Shown here: in pieces, positions 27,980 to 38,232 of the stretch | How positions within the stretch are numbered: position 1 is the stretch's first letter | How the letters are laid out: each line of letters starts with the position of its first letter | Source: Bacteroidota bacterium | GTDB lineage: Bacteria > Bacteroidota > Bacteroidia > AKYH767-A > OLB10 | Reading direction: 5' to 3' | Assembly: GCA_025352785.1 (NCBI GenBank) | Contig: JANXSD010000149.1 | Span: forward strand, 14,582-78,581 | Length of the DNA stretch: 64,000 nt | The notes under the pieces: model-generated | What the model saw: only the letters and a program-made list of their open reading frames with translations | Told to the model about the DNA's origin: nothing | Database searches by the model: none | Program-made: the position numbers and the translations under genes

Positions 27980-28909
27980 ATGAAATTAAATACAACGGTT
28001 AAATTACATGATCTCGCCAATTTGGTTGATGCACGTGTAATTGGTGATGGTAACATGCTTGTAACGGGGATTAATGAGATTCATCGTGTTGAAAAAGGTG
28101 ATATCACCTTTGTTGATCATCCTAAATATTATGATAAAGCCCTTAATTCAGCAGCCACTTATGTGATTATCAATAAAGAAGTTGAACCTCCCCTAGGAAA
28201 AGCACTCTTGTTTTCTGATGATCCATTCCGTGATTATGTTTTCCTTACCAAAAATTTCATGCCTTTTGAACCAAGTAATCAAGCAATTCATCCATCTGTA
28301 ATAATCGGTGAAGGCACTGTGATTCAACCTAATGTTTCAATTGGACCCCATGTAGTTATTGGGAAAAATTGCATTATCCATAGTGGTGTTGTAATTTATG
28401 ATCATACAATTATTGGTAACAATGTTATTTTGCAAGCAAATGTTGTATTGGGTGCCGATGCTTTCTACTTTAAACGTCGCCCTGATTTTTATGATAAAAT
28501 GTATTCGTGCGGACGAGTAATTATTGAGGATAATGTAGAATTGGGGGCTTGTACAACGATAGATCGCGGTGTGTCGTCCGATACGAAAATTGGCAAGGGC
28601 ACTAAATTCGACAATCATGTGCATATTGGGCATGATACTGTAGTTGGTGAAAATTGTTTATTTGCCGCTCAAGTTGGAATTGGTGGTTGTGTAAATATTG
28701 AAGATAATGTGATTCTTTGGGGACAAGTGGGTTGTCAAAAGGATCTTACTATAGGGGCAGGAGCTGTAGTGCTTGGGCAAAGTGGCATAGGTAAAACATT
28801 AGCTGGAAACAGAACCTATTTTGGAAGTCCCGCAGTGGATGCAAGACAAATGATGAAGGAAATCGCCCTTATCCGTAGGCTACCAGAACTTGTTGAAAAA
28901 TTGAAATAG
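27980..28909 (+). CDS. lpxD: UDP-3-O-(3-hydroxyacyl)glucosamine N-acyltransferase
   Basis: N-terminal GDITFVD domain, hexapeptide repeats, TTIDRG and DNHVHIGHD motifs. Confidence 0.85.
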   Translation: MKLNTTVKLHDLANLVDARVIGDGNMLVTGINEIHRVEKGDITFVDHPKYYDKALNSAATYVIINKEVEPPLGKALLFSDDPFRDYVFLTKNFMPFEPSNQAIHPSVIIGEGTVIQPNVSIGPHVVIGKNCIIHSGVVIYDHTIIGNNVILQANVVLGADAFYFKRRPDFYDKMYSCGRVIIEDNVELGACTTIDRGVSSDTKIGKGTKFDNHVHIGHDTVVGENCLFAAQVGIGGCVNIEDNVILWGQVGCQKDLTIGAGAVVLGQSGIGKTLAGNRTYFGSPAVDARQMMKEIALIRRLPELVEKLK

Positions 28910-28949
28910 GAAAGTAAAAATGGACTCATTTGCTCATTAGCTTCGTAAA

Positions 28950-30182
28950 ATGGCCGACTTGAACGTAACTGGAGTTCCAACATTAGCTGAATTATTTGTA
29001 AAGAAGTTGCAATTGCATTGGCTGTTGCAGATTACTAAGGCTATAAATTATGATCTCCCAGCATCACAGTTGTATGAGATTTATGAGGCGGTAATGCGCG
29101 ATCAGCTAAAGGTTAAACGACTTGTTTTGTATATCCACGAAGTTAACTGGAATGAAATGTTGATTTATGGTACGCCAGAAGGCTTTAAGTTTTTAAATCC
29201 AGATATCCGTTTTGAAGAATTAAATTCCATGCAAAGTAACGGTCTTAGTATGCCTTCTTGGGTGGAAGGATTCGAAAGTATCATTCCTGTTTATCATAAT
29301 AATAGAGCACTTGCGTATGCTTTTATCGGCGATTTGCAACATGAGGAAATAAATAATCTCAAAGAAATTCTTCCGTTCATACATACGATTACAAATATCA
29401 TTGTAGTTGCAATAGAAAATAAACGTCTTACAAAAGATACCATTCAGCAAGCACAAATGCAACGTGAATTGGAACTAGCTGCACGTATGCAGAATATGCT
29501 TTTCCCTGCTCATCTACCATTAAATAAGCAAATAGATTTAGCTGCTACTTATCTTCCTCATCAACAAGTAGGAGGTGACTATTACGATTACATTGAGTTG
29601 AACGACGATGAGTTGATGATCTGCTTAGCAGATGTTTCTGGCAAAGGGATTTCTGCTGCCTTGTTGATGTCGAATTTCCAAGCAAATTTAAATGCAAAAG
29701 CTCAAGTGTTTAAATCACTTCCTGAATTAGTGATTGAATTAAATTCGAGTGTCAATAAAAGTGCGAAGGGTGAAAAATTTATTACAGTTTTTCTTGCAAT
29801 TTTAAATACGAAAACGCATATCATTCATTATGTAAATGCTGGTCATAATCCACCATTTATTTTTGATAAAGATCAGTTTGTAATGCTCGATACTGGAACT
29901 ACGGGACTTGGAATGTTTGAGGAGTTGCCTTTCATCCACGAAGGCATGGCCTATCTACATCCAGGTGCAACATTGTTTTGTTATACCGATGGAGTTGTAG
30001 AACAGGAAAATGAGAAAGGTGATATTTTTGGGATGGAGGTATTGATGGACGAAATTAGAAATAATGCAGATGTTTTTACAATGAAAGATTTGCATTTTCG
30101 TGTACTTGATGCATTCTATGCCTTTCGAAAAAATACAGAACCTATTGATGATGTAACTTTATTAAGTTGCCGATTACTTTGA
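28950..30182 (+). CDS. PP2C/SpoIIE (RsbU-like) serine phosphatase with N-terminal GAF-like region
   Basis: VGGDYYD, ADVSGKG, NAGHNP, YTDGV and DDVT motifs. Confidence 0.92.
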   Translation: MADLNVTGVPTLAELFVKKLQLHWLLQITKAINYDLPASQLYEIYEAVMRDQLKVKRLVLYIHEVNWNEMLIYGTPEGFKFLNPDIRFEELNSMQSNGLSMPSWVEGFESIIPVYHNNRALAYAFIGDLQHEEINNLKEILPFIHTITNIIVVAIENKRLTKDTIQQAQMQRELELAARMQNMLFPAHLPLNKQIDLAATYLPHQQVGGDYYDYIELNDDELMICLADVSGKGISAALLMSNFQANLNAKAQVFKSLPELVIELNSSVNKSAKGEKFITVFLAILNTKTHIIHYVNAGHNPPFIFDKDQFVMLDTGTTGLGMFEELPFIHEGMAYLHPGATLFCYTDGVVEQENEKGDIFGMEVLMDEIRNNADVFTMKDLHFRVLDAFYAFRKNTEPIDDVTLLSCRLL

Positions 30183-31640
30183 TAAATCTTTTACTTGATG
30201 TTTACTGTGGTAAATTTCAAGTGCAACGAGTGCCGATAAAAACCCCCAAAAAGGAACTGATATTTTTTCCGTATCCAAAAAGTAATTTAATGTTCCTTGA
30301 AACCAATACGTAATTAATCCCAATAATAATCCTTTTGCTAAAATGCGTACGCTTTTGTCTTCACAAGTCTTAATAAATCTTGAAGCGTGTTGAATCGCTA
30401 CTGCACCAATTAAAATAAATAAAATCGGACCTAAAATACCTTGCTCTGATAATGGCCCTAGGTATTCGCTATGTGATCCACCTCCAGTACCATTGTTGGT
30501 ACTAATGCGTGATTTTTCACTGTCCTTTTGGTAAGGAGCATATCGAAACATATAAGTTCCTGGTCCGAATCCTAACAATGGTTTTGATTCAAACATACGT
30601 AATGCAGAAGCCCATCTATTCAACCGTTCTATATTGGAATCATCAGTAGAAATATTTCCTATCGATTGAACATGCGATGCATAATCTGTTGACGAGACTT
30701 TAGTATTGTGTCCTAAGTACATGGTGATATCCGTACTGTACGCAAATGATAGAAGAACCACTATAACTAATCCAGAATACACAAAAAAACCTTTTAAACG
30801 AAATAGTAATATTAGAAAACAGCCAAAGGCGCCTATCAGCCCAACCCAAGAAGCTCTGGTATATGACATCACAATTGCTGTAAGTAGAATTAGTAAAACT
30901 ACCAATAGAAGTAATCTGTTTTTGAGAGTTTTTTTGCTATCTGTGATCATAGCAAATAATACAGGAATAAAAAAACTAATTGCTGCACCATACGCTGTAT
31001 GATCATTGTAAAACGGGGTCATTGCAGTATGTGCTGCATCTTCGGTAAGGCCTGCCGCAAACTGATTGTATAGTGTATAAATAATAATTATTATAAGCGG
31101 AATAATATACATCCATAAAAATTTAGAGATGTTTTCATATCTAGAAAAAATATAGAGAAACATAAAGTAAAATACACTTACATAAGTAAATCGTGCAAGC
31201 GTTGATTTAAGTGAAACAATAAATAGTGTACTAGTAAATGTTGTGATCACAAACCAACCGAGATGGATTAAAACCATGATCGTAACTGGATGTTTGAGAA
31301 CACGACGATCAAGTCCACCTTCAGCAAATACTTTCAACCAAAATAAAATAAATAGTCCAAACATTAATGGTTCAGAGGGCAAACTAACGCCAATGCCTAA
31401 TCCAGTTTCCGATAAATTTAAGGAGAGTGGTGTTACTAATACAGCCAAAAACGCTATCGTATCCAATCGGAATATGCAAATTAATAAAACCACAAAAACA
31501 AGTGGAATTTCCGGCGCCAAATCATACCCTTTCACCATCGACCAACCTAAGAAAATCCCATAAATTGCGGTAATAAAATAAAACCACATCACCTGATTTT
31601 TATCAAGTGTCTTAATGGAAGATGTTAAATTGTTTGACAA
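30174..31640 (-). CDS. O-antigen ligase/polymerase (Wzy_C/WaaL-like) family membrane protein
   Basis: Polytopic; SYTRASW, SNIER, PLLGFGPG and HSEYL motifs; TTG start. Confidence 0.88.
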   Translation of the reverse strand: MSNNLTSSIKTLDKNQVMWFYFITAIYGIFLGWSMVKGYDLAPEIPLVFVVLLICIFRLDTIAFLAVLVTPLSLNLSETGLGIGVSLPSEPLMFGLFILFWLKVFAEGGLDRRVLKHPVTIMVLIHLGWFVITTFTSTLFIVSLKSTLARFTYVSVFYFMFLYIFSRYENISKFLWMYIIPLIIIIIYTLYNQFAAGLTEDAAHTAMTPFYNDHTAYGAAISFFIPVLFAMITDSKKTLKNRLLLLVVLLILLTAIVMSYTRASWVGLIGAFGCFLILLFRLKGFFVYSGLVIVVLLSFAYSTDITMYLGHNTKVSSTDYASHVQSIGNISTDDSNIERLNRWASALRMFESKPLLGFGPGTYMFRYAPYQKDSEKSRISTNNGTGGGSHSEYLGPLSEQGILGPILFILIGAVAIQHASRFIKTCEDKSVRILAKGLLLGLITYWFQGTLNYFLDTEKISVPFWGFLSALVALEIYHSKHQVKDLSK

Positions 31641-31649
31641 AACCTTTAA

Positions 31650-32633
31650 CTAATTAATGTCCTTTAAAGCATCATGCAATTTCTCTTTCATTTGCTCCTG
31701 ATATAAAATCACAAGCAGAGCAAGAAATAATGTAGACAAAATAAAAGTGATTATAACGACAGCTCTTTTAGGAGAGTCTTTCTTTTCTGGAACAGTGGGC
31801 TTCGTAACAGTATTATGAACTTGTAATTTTTTCGAAAGATCTTGAACAATTACATCGTATTTAATTTTGTATTCGTTATACGCATTCAAATTTTTGTTGA
31901 ACTTTTCTCTTAAAGAAACATACTCACTACCTTTCTCTTGCAAGTTTATTCTTGTTTGTTCCATTTTTGTGTTGGCACCGCCACTTCCAAGAACTTTATA
32001 ATATTCTCTAGAAAAACCAGTAACCTGATTTTCGAAATCGGTAATTCCATAATCTACTCGAAGTTTGGTGATCGCAGCACCTAAAGTATCTAATTGATTT
32101 TGTTTGTCGTCTAACATAGATTTCGCAATCACCAATTGCTCTTCTGCTCTGCTTCGAATTATTGAAACTGCTTTTAAATCTGTAAAATGAATTAATGCAT
32201 CACAAATTTTCGCCGCAGTGTCCGGATTGTAATCTACTACTTGAACATCGATAGATTCATATTCTGTTCGTCTAATGGAAATATTTTCATCCAATTGCTT
32301 CATCATTTCAAAACGAGGGTATGCTCCTGAAGTGTCAATAGCATAATGTCGATAAAGGTTGAATTTAGTAATCAGGCTATCTTTAACATCTTCAGAATTC
32401 AAAAGCTGGATTAACTGCTCCGTTGGTGTTTCTTTCGAATAAGGCTGAATATTATCTGGATAAATAACCGCATAAGCTTTATACATTGGCTTCATGAAAA
32501 CAGGAAGCGAAATAATATAAGAAAATATTGCTGATCCAATAAATACATACAGTAACTGTTTACGCCATTTCTTAATGATTTGAAGTAGACGAATACTATT
32601 CAGTTGATCAGTTGCCTGTCCGGTATTTGACAT
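31650..32633 (-). CDS. Wzz/FepE-type chain-length determinant
   Basis: N- and C-terminal TM helices, periplasmic coiled coil, and PEKKDSPKR before the last TM. Confidence 0.85.
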   Translation of the reverse strand: MSNTGQATDQLNSIRLLQIIKKWRKQLLYVFIGSAIFSYIISLPVFMKPMYKAYAVIYPDNIQPYSKETPTEQLIQLLNSEDVKDSLITKFNLYRHYAIDTSGAYPRFEMMKQLDENISIRRTEYESIDVQVVDYNPDTAAKICDALIHFTDLKAVSIIRSRAEEQLVIAKSMLDDKQNQLDTLGAAITKLRVDYGITDFENQVTGFSREYYKVLGSGGANTKMEQTRINLQEKGSEYVSLREKFNKNLNAYNEYKIKYDVIVQDLSKKLQVHNTVTKPTVPEKKDSPKRAVVIITFILSTLFLALLVILYQEQMKEKLHDALKDIN

Positions 32634-32701
32634 GTTAAAGGTTGATTTGTCTTTTAGAGAGGCGCAAAAATAGCCGAAAATACCTTAGTACCTAAACCGT
32701 T

Positions 32702-34147
32702 TTATTCAGTATCTGCTTTTACTAGGCGAATTATTTCCCTAGGTTTGATAAGTAAGAGAGCTAAGGCTAATCCGACACAGGCAATTCCTCCTATTAAGAT
32801 AGAAGTAATCCAATGTGTTGATGATTGATGTAAGAAGTAGAAAGTAGTTAAGCAAAGTGATAAAAATAATAAATATCGTAAGGCTAATTTCCATTGAAAA
32901 TCAAGTTTAAACACAAAATGCGCAAGGATAATTTGCAATCCAGCAGTGATATATTGGGTGATGAGACTGGAAAAAGCAGCTCCTTTTGCTTGAAAACGAG
33001 GAATCAAATAAAGATTCAATCCGATATTTAAGAGCATTCCCGAAGTTGCAACGATATTGAGATATTTAAGATTCCCATTAGCTGTTAAGAGGGTTCCGAA
33101 GATATAAACTGAGCTAATAGCTAAAAAGCAACTCATAATCATCTTGAAAACCAAAGCAGATTGTTCAACATGTTGATGATAAAGAAGCGTCATTATTTCA
33201 TTACTATTGAAAAAACAGAGCGACATTACAATCATTGCGGGAACTGCTATCAGTGAAAACGATAATTCTACTAATTCAAAAAGGGATTGCTTTTTCTTAA
33301 TCATGTGGGAAAACATAGGTAACAGCAAACCAGAAAATAAATAGGCAATCATGTTGGAAGCATCTAACAATCGATAAGCTTGAGCATAAACTCCAGCTTG
33401 TTCAGCACCATTGGGTAGTAATCGCTCCAACATCACAGAGTCAATACGATTATAAAAGGTCATTAATAAAATTAAAATCGCATATGGATAACTTTGTTTG
33501 AGAATCACCATGAAAAATTGAGGATTCCAACTTAAGCGATTTAATTTTGCTTTTGAAGCCACCAAAATGAATGTTATTATCGCAGAAATAACATAAGCAG
33601 ATGTTTGTGCCCAAATAAACCATTCAATTTTAAATGGAGTATGCATACAATTTCCCCACAATAGAATGCTACAAATAACGATCATAATGAGACGATCTAA
33701 AACAGATATTATACTATCTGTTTTAAACAATTGTAAACCAGCAATATTTGATCTAAGGTATAAAATAAACGATATAAGTGCTTGGTTTATAAGCATTACA
33801 CCAAGCATCCATAACTGACCGCCTTTATACCCAAGTAGAAGTGCGATGGAAATGCTCACCACAAAATAAACTATTGAAAGCATCATCCTTAAAAAAATAA
33901 TTCCTGAAAGATGTTTGTTAAGAAGGTGATTGTGTTGGGCAATATTCCGATTATTGAAATTGGTTATGCCTACATCCAGAAGTATGTTAAAGAGAAACGA
34001 AAAGTTGAAAAGTGCGGCGTAAAGCCCATAAGATTCAGCTCCTACGGTATTTTGTACAGCTCTATCAATTCCTAATATCCAGAATGGTTTGATCAGGAGA
34101 TTAAGAAATAGAAGGAAAGCTAAGTTGGTGATAAATTTTCGCTGCAT
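32702..34147 (-). CDS. Oligosaccharide flippase (Wzx, MOP superfamily)
   Basis: MQRKFITNL start (ATG 34147, after TATTTTTG); NLLIKPFW, LLDVG, RIDSVML and GVYAQAYR motifs; many TM helices. Confidence 0.88.
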   Translation of the reverse strand: MQRKFITNLAFLLFLNLLIKPFWILGIDRAVQNTVGAESYGLYAALFNFSFLFNILLDVGITNFNNRNIAQHNHLLNKHLSGIIFLRMMLSIVYFVVSISIALLLGYKGGQLWMLGVMLINQALISFILYLRSNIAGLQLFKTDSIISVLDRLIMIVICSILLWGNCMHTPFKIEWFIWAQTSAYVISAIITFILVASKAKLNRLSWNPQFFMVILKQSYPYAILILLMTFYNRIDSVMLERLLPNGAEQAGVYAQAYRLLDASNMIAYLFSGLLLPMFSHMIKKKQSLFELVELSFSLIAVPAMIVMSLCFFNSNEIMTLLYHQHVEQSALVFKMIMSCFLAISSVYIFGTLLTANGNLKYLNIVATSGMLLNIGLNLYLIPRFQAKGAAFSSLITQYITAGLQIILAHFVFKLDFQWKLALRYLLFLSLCLTTFYFLHQSSTHWITSILIGGIACVGLALALLLIKPREIIRLVKADTE

Positions 34148-34204
34148 CTCTTTTATTGACCGCAAAAATACATCAATTTTATAGTCATCAATCCAAATAA
34201 TGAA

Positions 34205-34810
34205 ATGCTGGATCAATATTATAATCGGGAAGTACTAGAAGCGGGTGTCGATGAAGCTGGAAGAGGTTGTTTAGCAGGTCCAGTTGTTGCAGCAGCAGTG
34301 ATTCTTCGACCTGGAATTGAATTGAATTGGTATGAAGTATTGAACGACTCCAAACAATTACCTGAACTTTTAAGAGAAAGTTTGCGGACATTAATTGAAA
34401 GAGATTCTTTAGCGTGGGCGGTAGGGATGGTGATGCCAGATGAAATTGATGAAATAAATATTTTGAATGCTACCTATAAAGCGATGCATATTGCGATTCA
34501 AAAACTTTCTCCAGAGCCTGAATTTCTAATTATTGATGGTAATCGTTTTCGAAAATACCGCGACATTTCACATAATTGTATCATAAAAGGTGATGGAATT
34601 TATTTGTCGATTGCAGCAGCTTCTGTCTTAGCAAAAACACATCGTGATATGTACATGCGTCAGTTACATGTTGAGTTTCCACAATACGGTTGGGATAGAA
34701 ATAAAGCGTATGGAACAGTTGCTCATGTAAATGCTATGAAACAATTCGGATTAAGTCCCCATCATCGAAAAAGTTTTCAATTAAAAGAGAGTCAGATGAA
34801 ATTATTTTGA
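34205..34810 (+). CDS. rnhB: Ribonuclease HII
   Basis: AGVDEAGRG, DSK, IDGN, KGD and SIAAASVLAK motifs. Confidence 0.97.
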   Translation: MLDQYYNREVLEAGVDEAGRGCLAGPVVAAAVILRPGIELNWYEVLNDSKQLPELLRESLRTLIERDSLAWAVGMVMPDEIDEINILNATYKAMHIAIQKLSPEPEFLIIDGNRFRKYRDISHNCIIKGDGIYLSIAAASVLAKTHRDMYMRQLHVEFPQYGWDRNKAYGTVAHVNAMKQFGLSPHHRKSFQLKESQMKLF

Positions 34811-34814
34811 AAAT

Positions 34815-35516
34815 TTAAGGTTGTATTGTTTTGTAAAATAGTAAAGACGTACAATCTTCATTTACTCCTTTTTTGATTACTGCCATTTTTAACTTGCGAT
34901 TTTCATCATATACATAAGATACAGTTTCTTCTAATATAGGTAACGCATTTACCATTGAAAGAATCCATGTCTCCATATTCGTTTTTAAACCGTTATTATA
35001 AGTGTATTTTTGGGTTATGCAATTTTGTGAATTATAACAAATGGTATTCGCTAATTCAATATTAAAATCATCTTTTAATATCCGTTGAATATATTTCGGA
35101 TGAACAGTATTTGGGTCGTACCGATGAATAATTGTTAACTTAGTAATTGAATCCTTTTCAATTGTATTCGTAAACAATAATTTGTAGTTATCGTCAAAGG
35201 ATGAATCCGAATACCATTCGTTTTTATTGTCATAATAATTAATTGTATAACTGATAAATCGACCAGCTTTATCAAAATAGTTTTTTCGAATTAATTGAGA
35301 ATTAATTCCATAGATAAATGTAGTGGAAGAAGCAATTGAATCGATTTCATAAATGCAAATCATTAATCCATTTGAATCATAGATCTCAGTTTTTATTGTG
35401 TCACAGTTTAGTTGTTTACAATCACAGTGTATTTGATAATGGATAGCAAAATATTGACCGTACGTTTTAGTATTGATACTGATGGTTACTAGGAATAACA
35501 ATAAAAAAATTCTCAT
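34815..35516 (-). CDS. Hypothetical secreted protein (Tyr/Asp-rich beta-hairpin repeats)
   Basis: Signal peptide; YD-like units (IYDSNG, YYDNKN, YVYDENRK). Confidence 0.6.
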   Translation of the reverse strand: MRIFLLLFLVTISINTKTYGQYFAIHYQIHCDCKQLNCDTIKTEIYDSNGLMICIYEIDSIASSTTFIYGINSQLIRKNYFDKAGRFISYTINYYDNKNEWYSDSSFDDNYKLLFTNTIEKDSITKLTIIHRYDPNTVHPKYIQRILKDDFNIELANTICYNSQNCITQKYTYNNGLKTNMETWILSMVNALPILEETVSYVYDENRKLKMAVIKKGVNEDCTSLLFYKTIQP

Positions 35517-35518
35517 AT

Positions 35519-36094
35519 TTATTTTTTTATTGCACTTAGATAAAATTCTTTTGCAAGCATTAAAAGTGAATCAGGATATTGCAGTTTTACATAATACAAA
35601 TTGAGACCTTCATGTTTTGATACTGTCCATTTTTCAAAATACAACCATCGTCGATCGTTTATTCGTAAACTATCGTTGTAACCTTTTAATGAATCAATAT
35701 TTATTTCAGTAATCTGATTTTCTTCAACCGAAAAAGAATATTTTAAGGGCAGTGCATGCAGCTTTAAGTATTGATTAAATGAATTCGTATTTTTACTATA
35801 AATTAAAATTTTATTATTTATGGTGATTAAAGAATCAATAATTATTTTCGATTTTAAGCTAGCTCTCTTTTTAAGATAACTAAAAAAATCAATTTTATTC
35901 TTTATACTATTGTTGTAATTGAATTTTATTTTAATCGAATCACTACAAAATTTTGCCGCTTCATCAGTTTTTCCTTCGTTTAAAGAATTGATAAATGATT
36001 TGCATAAGTCATTATTATTATCAGTTAAATAAGCTGAACAAATAATTAATATGCTTATCCAAAATATTGCAATGATTAGTGATGTTTTTTTCAT
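35519..36094 (-). CDS. Hypothetical exported protein, possibly NTF2/SnoaL-like
   Basis: MKKTS start (ATG 36094); signal or anchor helix; FINSLNEGKTDEAAKFCSDSI resembles an NTF2-like N-terminus. Confidence 0.55.
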   Translation of the reverse strand: MKKTSLIIAIFWISILIICSAYLTDNNNDLCKSFINSLNEGKTDEAAKFCSDSIKIKFNYNNSIKNKIDFFSYLKKRASLKSKIIIDSLITINNKILIYSKNTNSFNQYLKLHALPLKYSFSVEENQITEINIDSLKGYNDSLRINDRRWLYFEKWTVSKHEGLNLYYVKLQYPDSLLMLAKEFYLSAIKK

Positions 36095-36214
36095 TAGATT
36101 GAATGTGGAATTAATATTAAAAGTAATTGACTCGTGATTTCCCAAAGATCATAAAAATAGTAATAAATATATCTGTGAAAAATGGTAAGGAATAGGAGAT
36201 ATTAACTTAAATTT

Positions 36215-36796
36215 TCAGGTATTTTGAATCGTCAACTTCATTTTTATAGAAACGCCTTTATAGTCATTCATTTTCTCGAATAAGGTTTCTAAGTTTGAAG
36301 CATCAAGCAACATATTCCTAAATTCTGGCTTTAAGAATCCATGATCTCTCATGCTATTCGATAACATAAGTAAAGCATCATAATAATTATTGTAATTTAA
36401 AATGCCTGTAGGTTTTTGATGCAGTCCTAGTTGAGCCCATGTAAGCATTTCAAAGAGTTCTTCCATCGTGCCAAATCCTCCCGGCAAAGCAATTACTGCG
36501 TCAGAAAGTTGATGCATAATAAGTTTACGTTCATGCATAGTCTTAACCATGATGAGTTCAGATAAATTCTCATGTGCGATTTCACTTCCGCTCATAAATT
36601 CTGGAAGTACTCCAATTACCTTTCCTTGTAATGAAAGAGCACCATCAGCTACAGCTCCCATCAGTCCGATTTTCGCACCTCCATAAACAACAGTTATATT
36701 GTTTTTTGCAAGAAAGGCTCCAGTTTGATACGCTAATTCCATAAAGCTAGGATCAATTCCAGTTCCTGAACCACAATAAACTACAATACTTTTCAT
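36215..36796 (-). CDS. LOG family nucleotide monophosphate phosphoribohydrolase (TIGR00730-like)
   Basis: VYCGS, VYGG, GLMG, MHERK and PGGFGTMEE motifs. Confidence 0.93.
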   Translation of the reverse strand: MKSIVVYCGSGTGIDPSFMELAYQTGAFLAKNNITVVYGGAKIGLMGAVADGALSLQGKVIGVLPEFMSGSEIAHENLSELIMVKTMHERKLIMHQLSDAVIALPGGFGTMEELFEMLTWAQLGLHQKPTGILNYNNYYDALLMLSNSMRDHGFLKPEFRNMLLDASNLETLFEKMNDYKGVSIKMKLTIQNT

Positions 36797-36972
36797 ATCA
36801 CTTTATTTAGTTTTATTTAAATTCCAATGATTCTAAAATAATTAATTCGTCAATTGAATTGATGAATTCTGAGTGCTAATTTAGGATTAATGTTTGTTAT
36901 CAAAAGAATGAAAAAATAAATCCATTTTATTTTATTCATTCATTTTGGTATTGATCAATTATCTTTGCACTT

Positions 36973-38208
36973 ATGATTGATTCAGGAAAATTAGCAATAA
37001 AAAATTTTACTTATATACTTCCAGATGAATATATCGCACAGTTTCCATTAAGCAATCGTTCGAATGCTAAATTATTAGTTTTTGATGTAAATCGTAAGAT
37101 TCAACATCATATTTTTAGTGCAATTCCATCATTAATTCCTGAAGGCTCGTTGGTTATCATGAATAATACTAAAGTAATTCAAGCCAGACTTTTATTTCAT
37201 AAATCAACTGGAGCTAAAATTGAAGTCTTTTGTTTGGAACCGTATAAAAATTTACCGATAGAAGAAGCTTTCCAAACAAAAGGTAATGTGCAATGGAAAT
37301 GTATGATTGGGAATGCAAAAAAATGGAAAGAAGAAGAATTAATTTTTTCTTTTGAATTCAATAACATACAAGGAAATCTTAAAGCAAAAAGAGTAGGGGA
37401 GAGCAATGATTTAACAGTTGTGCAATTTGATTGGTTGCCAAGTGACATTGCTTTTTCGGAAGTGCTTTCACATTCTGGATTGATACCACTTCCTCCTTAT
37501 ATGAATCGTGCTGCAAACGATACAGATATAGAAACGTATAATACTGTTTATGCAAAAAATGATGGATCTGTAGCTGCACCTACATCAGGATTGCACTTTA
37601 CTACAGAAGTTTTAAAGCAATTGGAAGATAATAATTGCAAAATGGATTTTGTCACGCTTCATGTCGGTGCTGGAACTTTTAAGCCAGTAAAGGCAGCAAC
37701 GATGGCTGATCATATTATGCATGAAGAACAGATTTCTATTTCTTTGGAAACAATTACGCACATCAAAGAGACGATCGGTATTTCTAAAATTATTGCAGTG
37801 GGGACAACAACAACTCGAACGATTGAAAGTGTTTATTGGCATTCAATACTACTAATGAAAAATGAAATTGCTACTTGCGTAATTAATATTGATCAGTGGT
37901 TGCCGTATAAATATAAAAATGATGAATTGCCATCCGCAAAGGAGGCATTTATTTATTTGTGTAACTGGATGATTGAAAATAAATTCAATAATTTATATGG
38001 AACAACAAAAATAATAATTGCACCTGGTTATAAGTTTAGAATGATAGATGCTTTGATAACTAATTTTCATCAACCTAAGAGTACATTGTTGTTGTTGGTA
38101 GCTGCGTTAATTGGGGATGATTGGAGAAAAGTATATGCAACAGCATTAAAAGAAAAATATCGATTTCTAAGTTATGGTGATAGTTCTCTACTTTATAAAC
38201 CAGAATAA
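36973..38208 (+). CDS. queA: S-adenosylmethionine:tRNA ribosyltransferase-isomerase
   Basis: NNTKVI.ARL, PLPPY, GSVAAPTSGLHF, TLHVGAGTF, TNFHQPKST and YRFLSYGD motifs. Confidence 0.95.
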   Translation: MIDSGKLAIKNFTYILPDEYIAQFPLSNRSNAKLLVFDVNRKIQHHIFSAIPSLIPEGSLVIMNNTKVIQARLLFHKSTGAKIEVFCLEPYKNLPIEEAFQTKGNVQWKCMIGNAKKWKEEELIFSFEFNNIQGNLKAKRVGESNDLTVVQFDWLPSDIAFSEVLSHSGLIPLPPYMNRAANDTDIETYNTVYAKNDGSVAAPTSGLHFTTEVLKQLEDNNCKMDFVTLHVGAGTFKPVKAATMADHIMHEEQISISLETITHIKETIGISKIIAVGTTTTRTIESVYWHSILLMKNEIATCVINIDQWLPYKYKNDELPSAKEAFIYLCNWMIENKFNNLYGTTKIIIAPGYKFRMIDALITNFHQPKSTLLLLVAALIGDDWRKVYATALKEKYRFLSYGDSSLLYKPE

Positions 38209-38232
38209 TTTATTTGTGACAGCTTTATAAAA

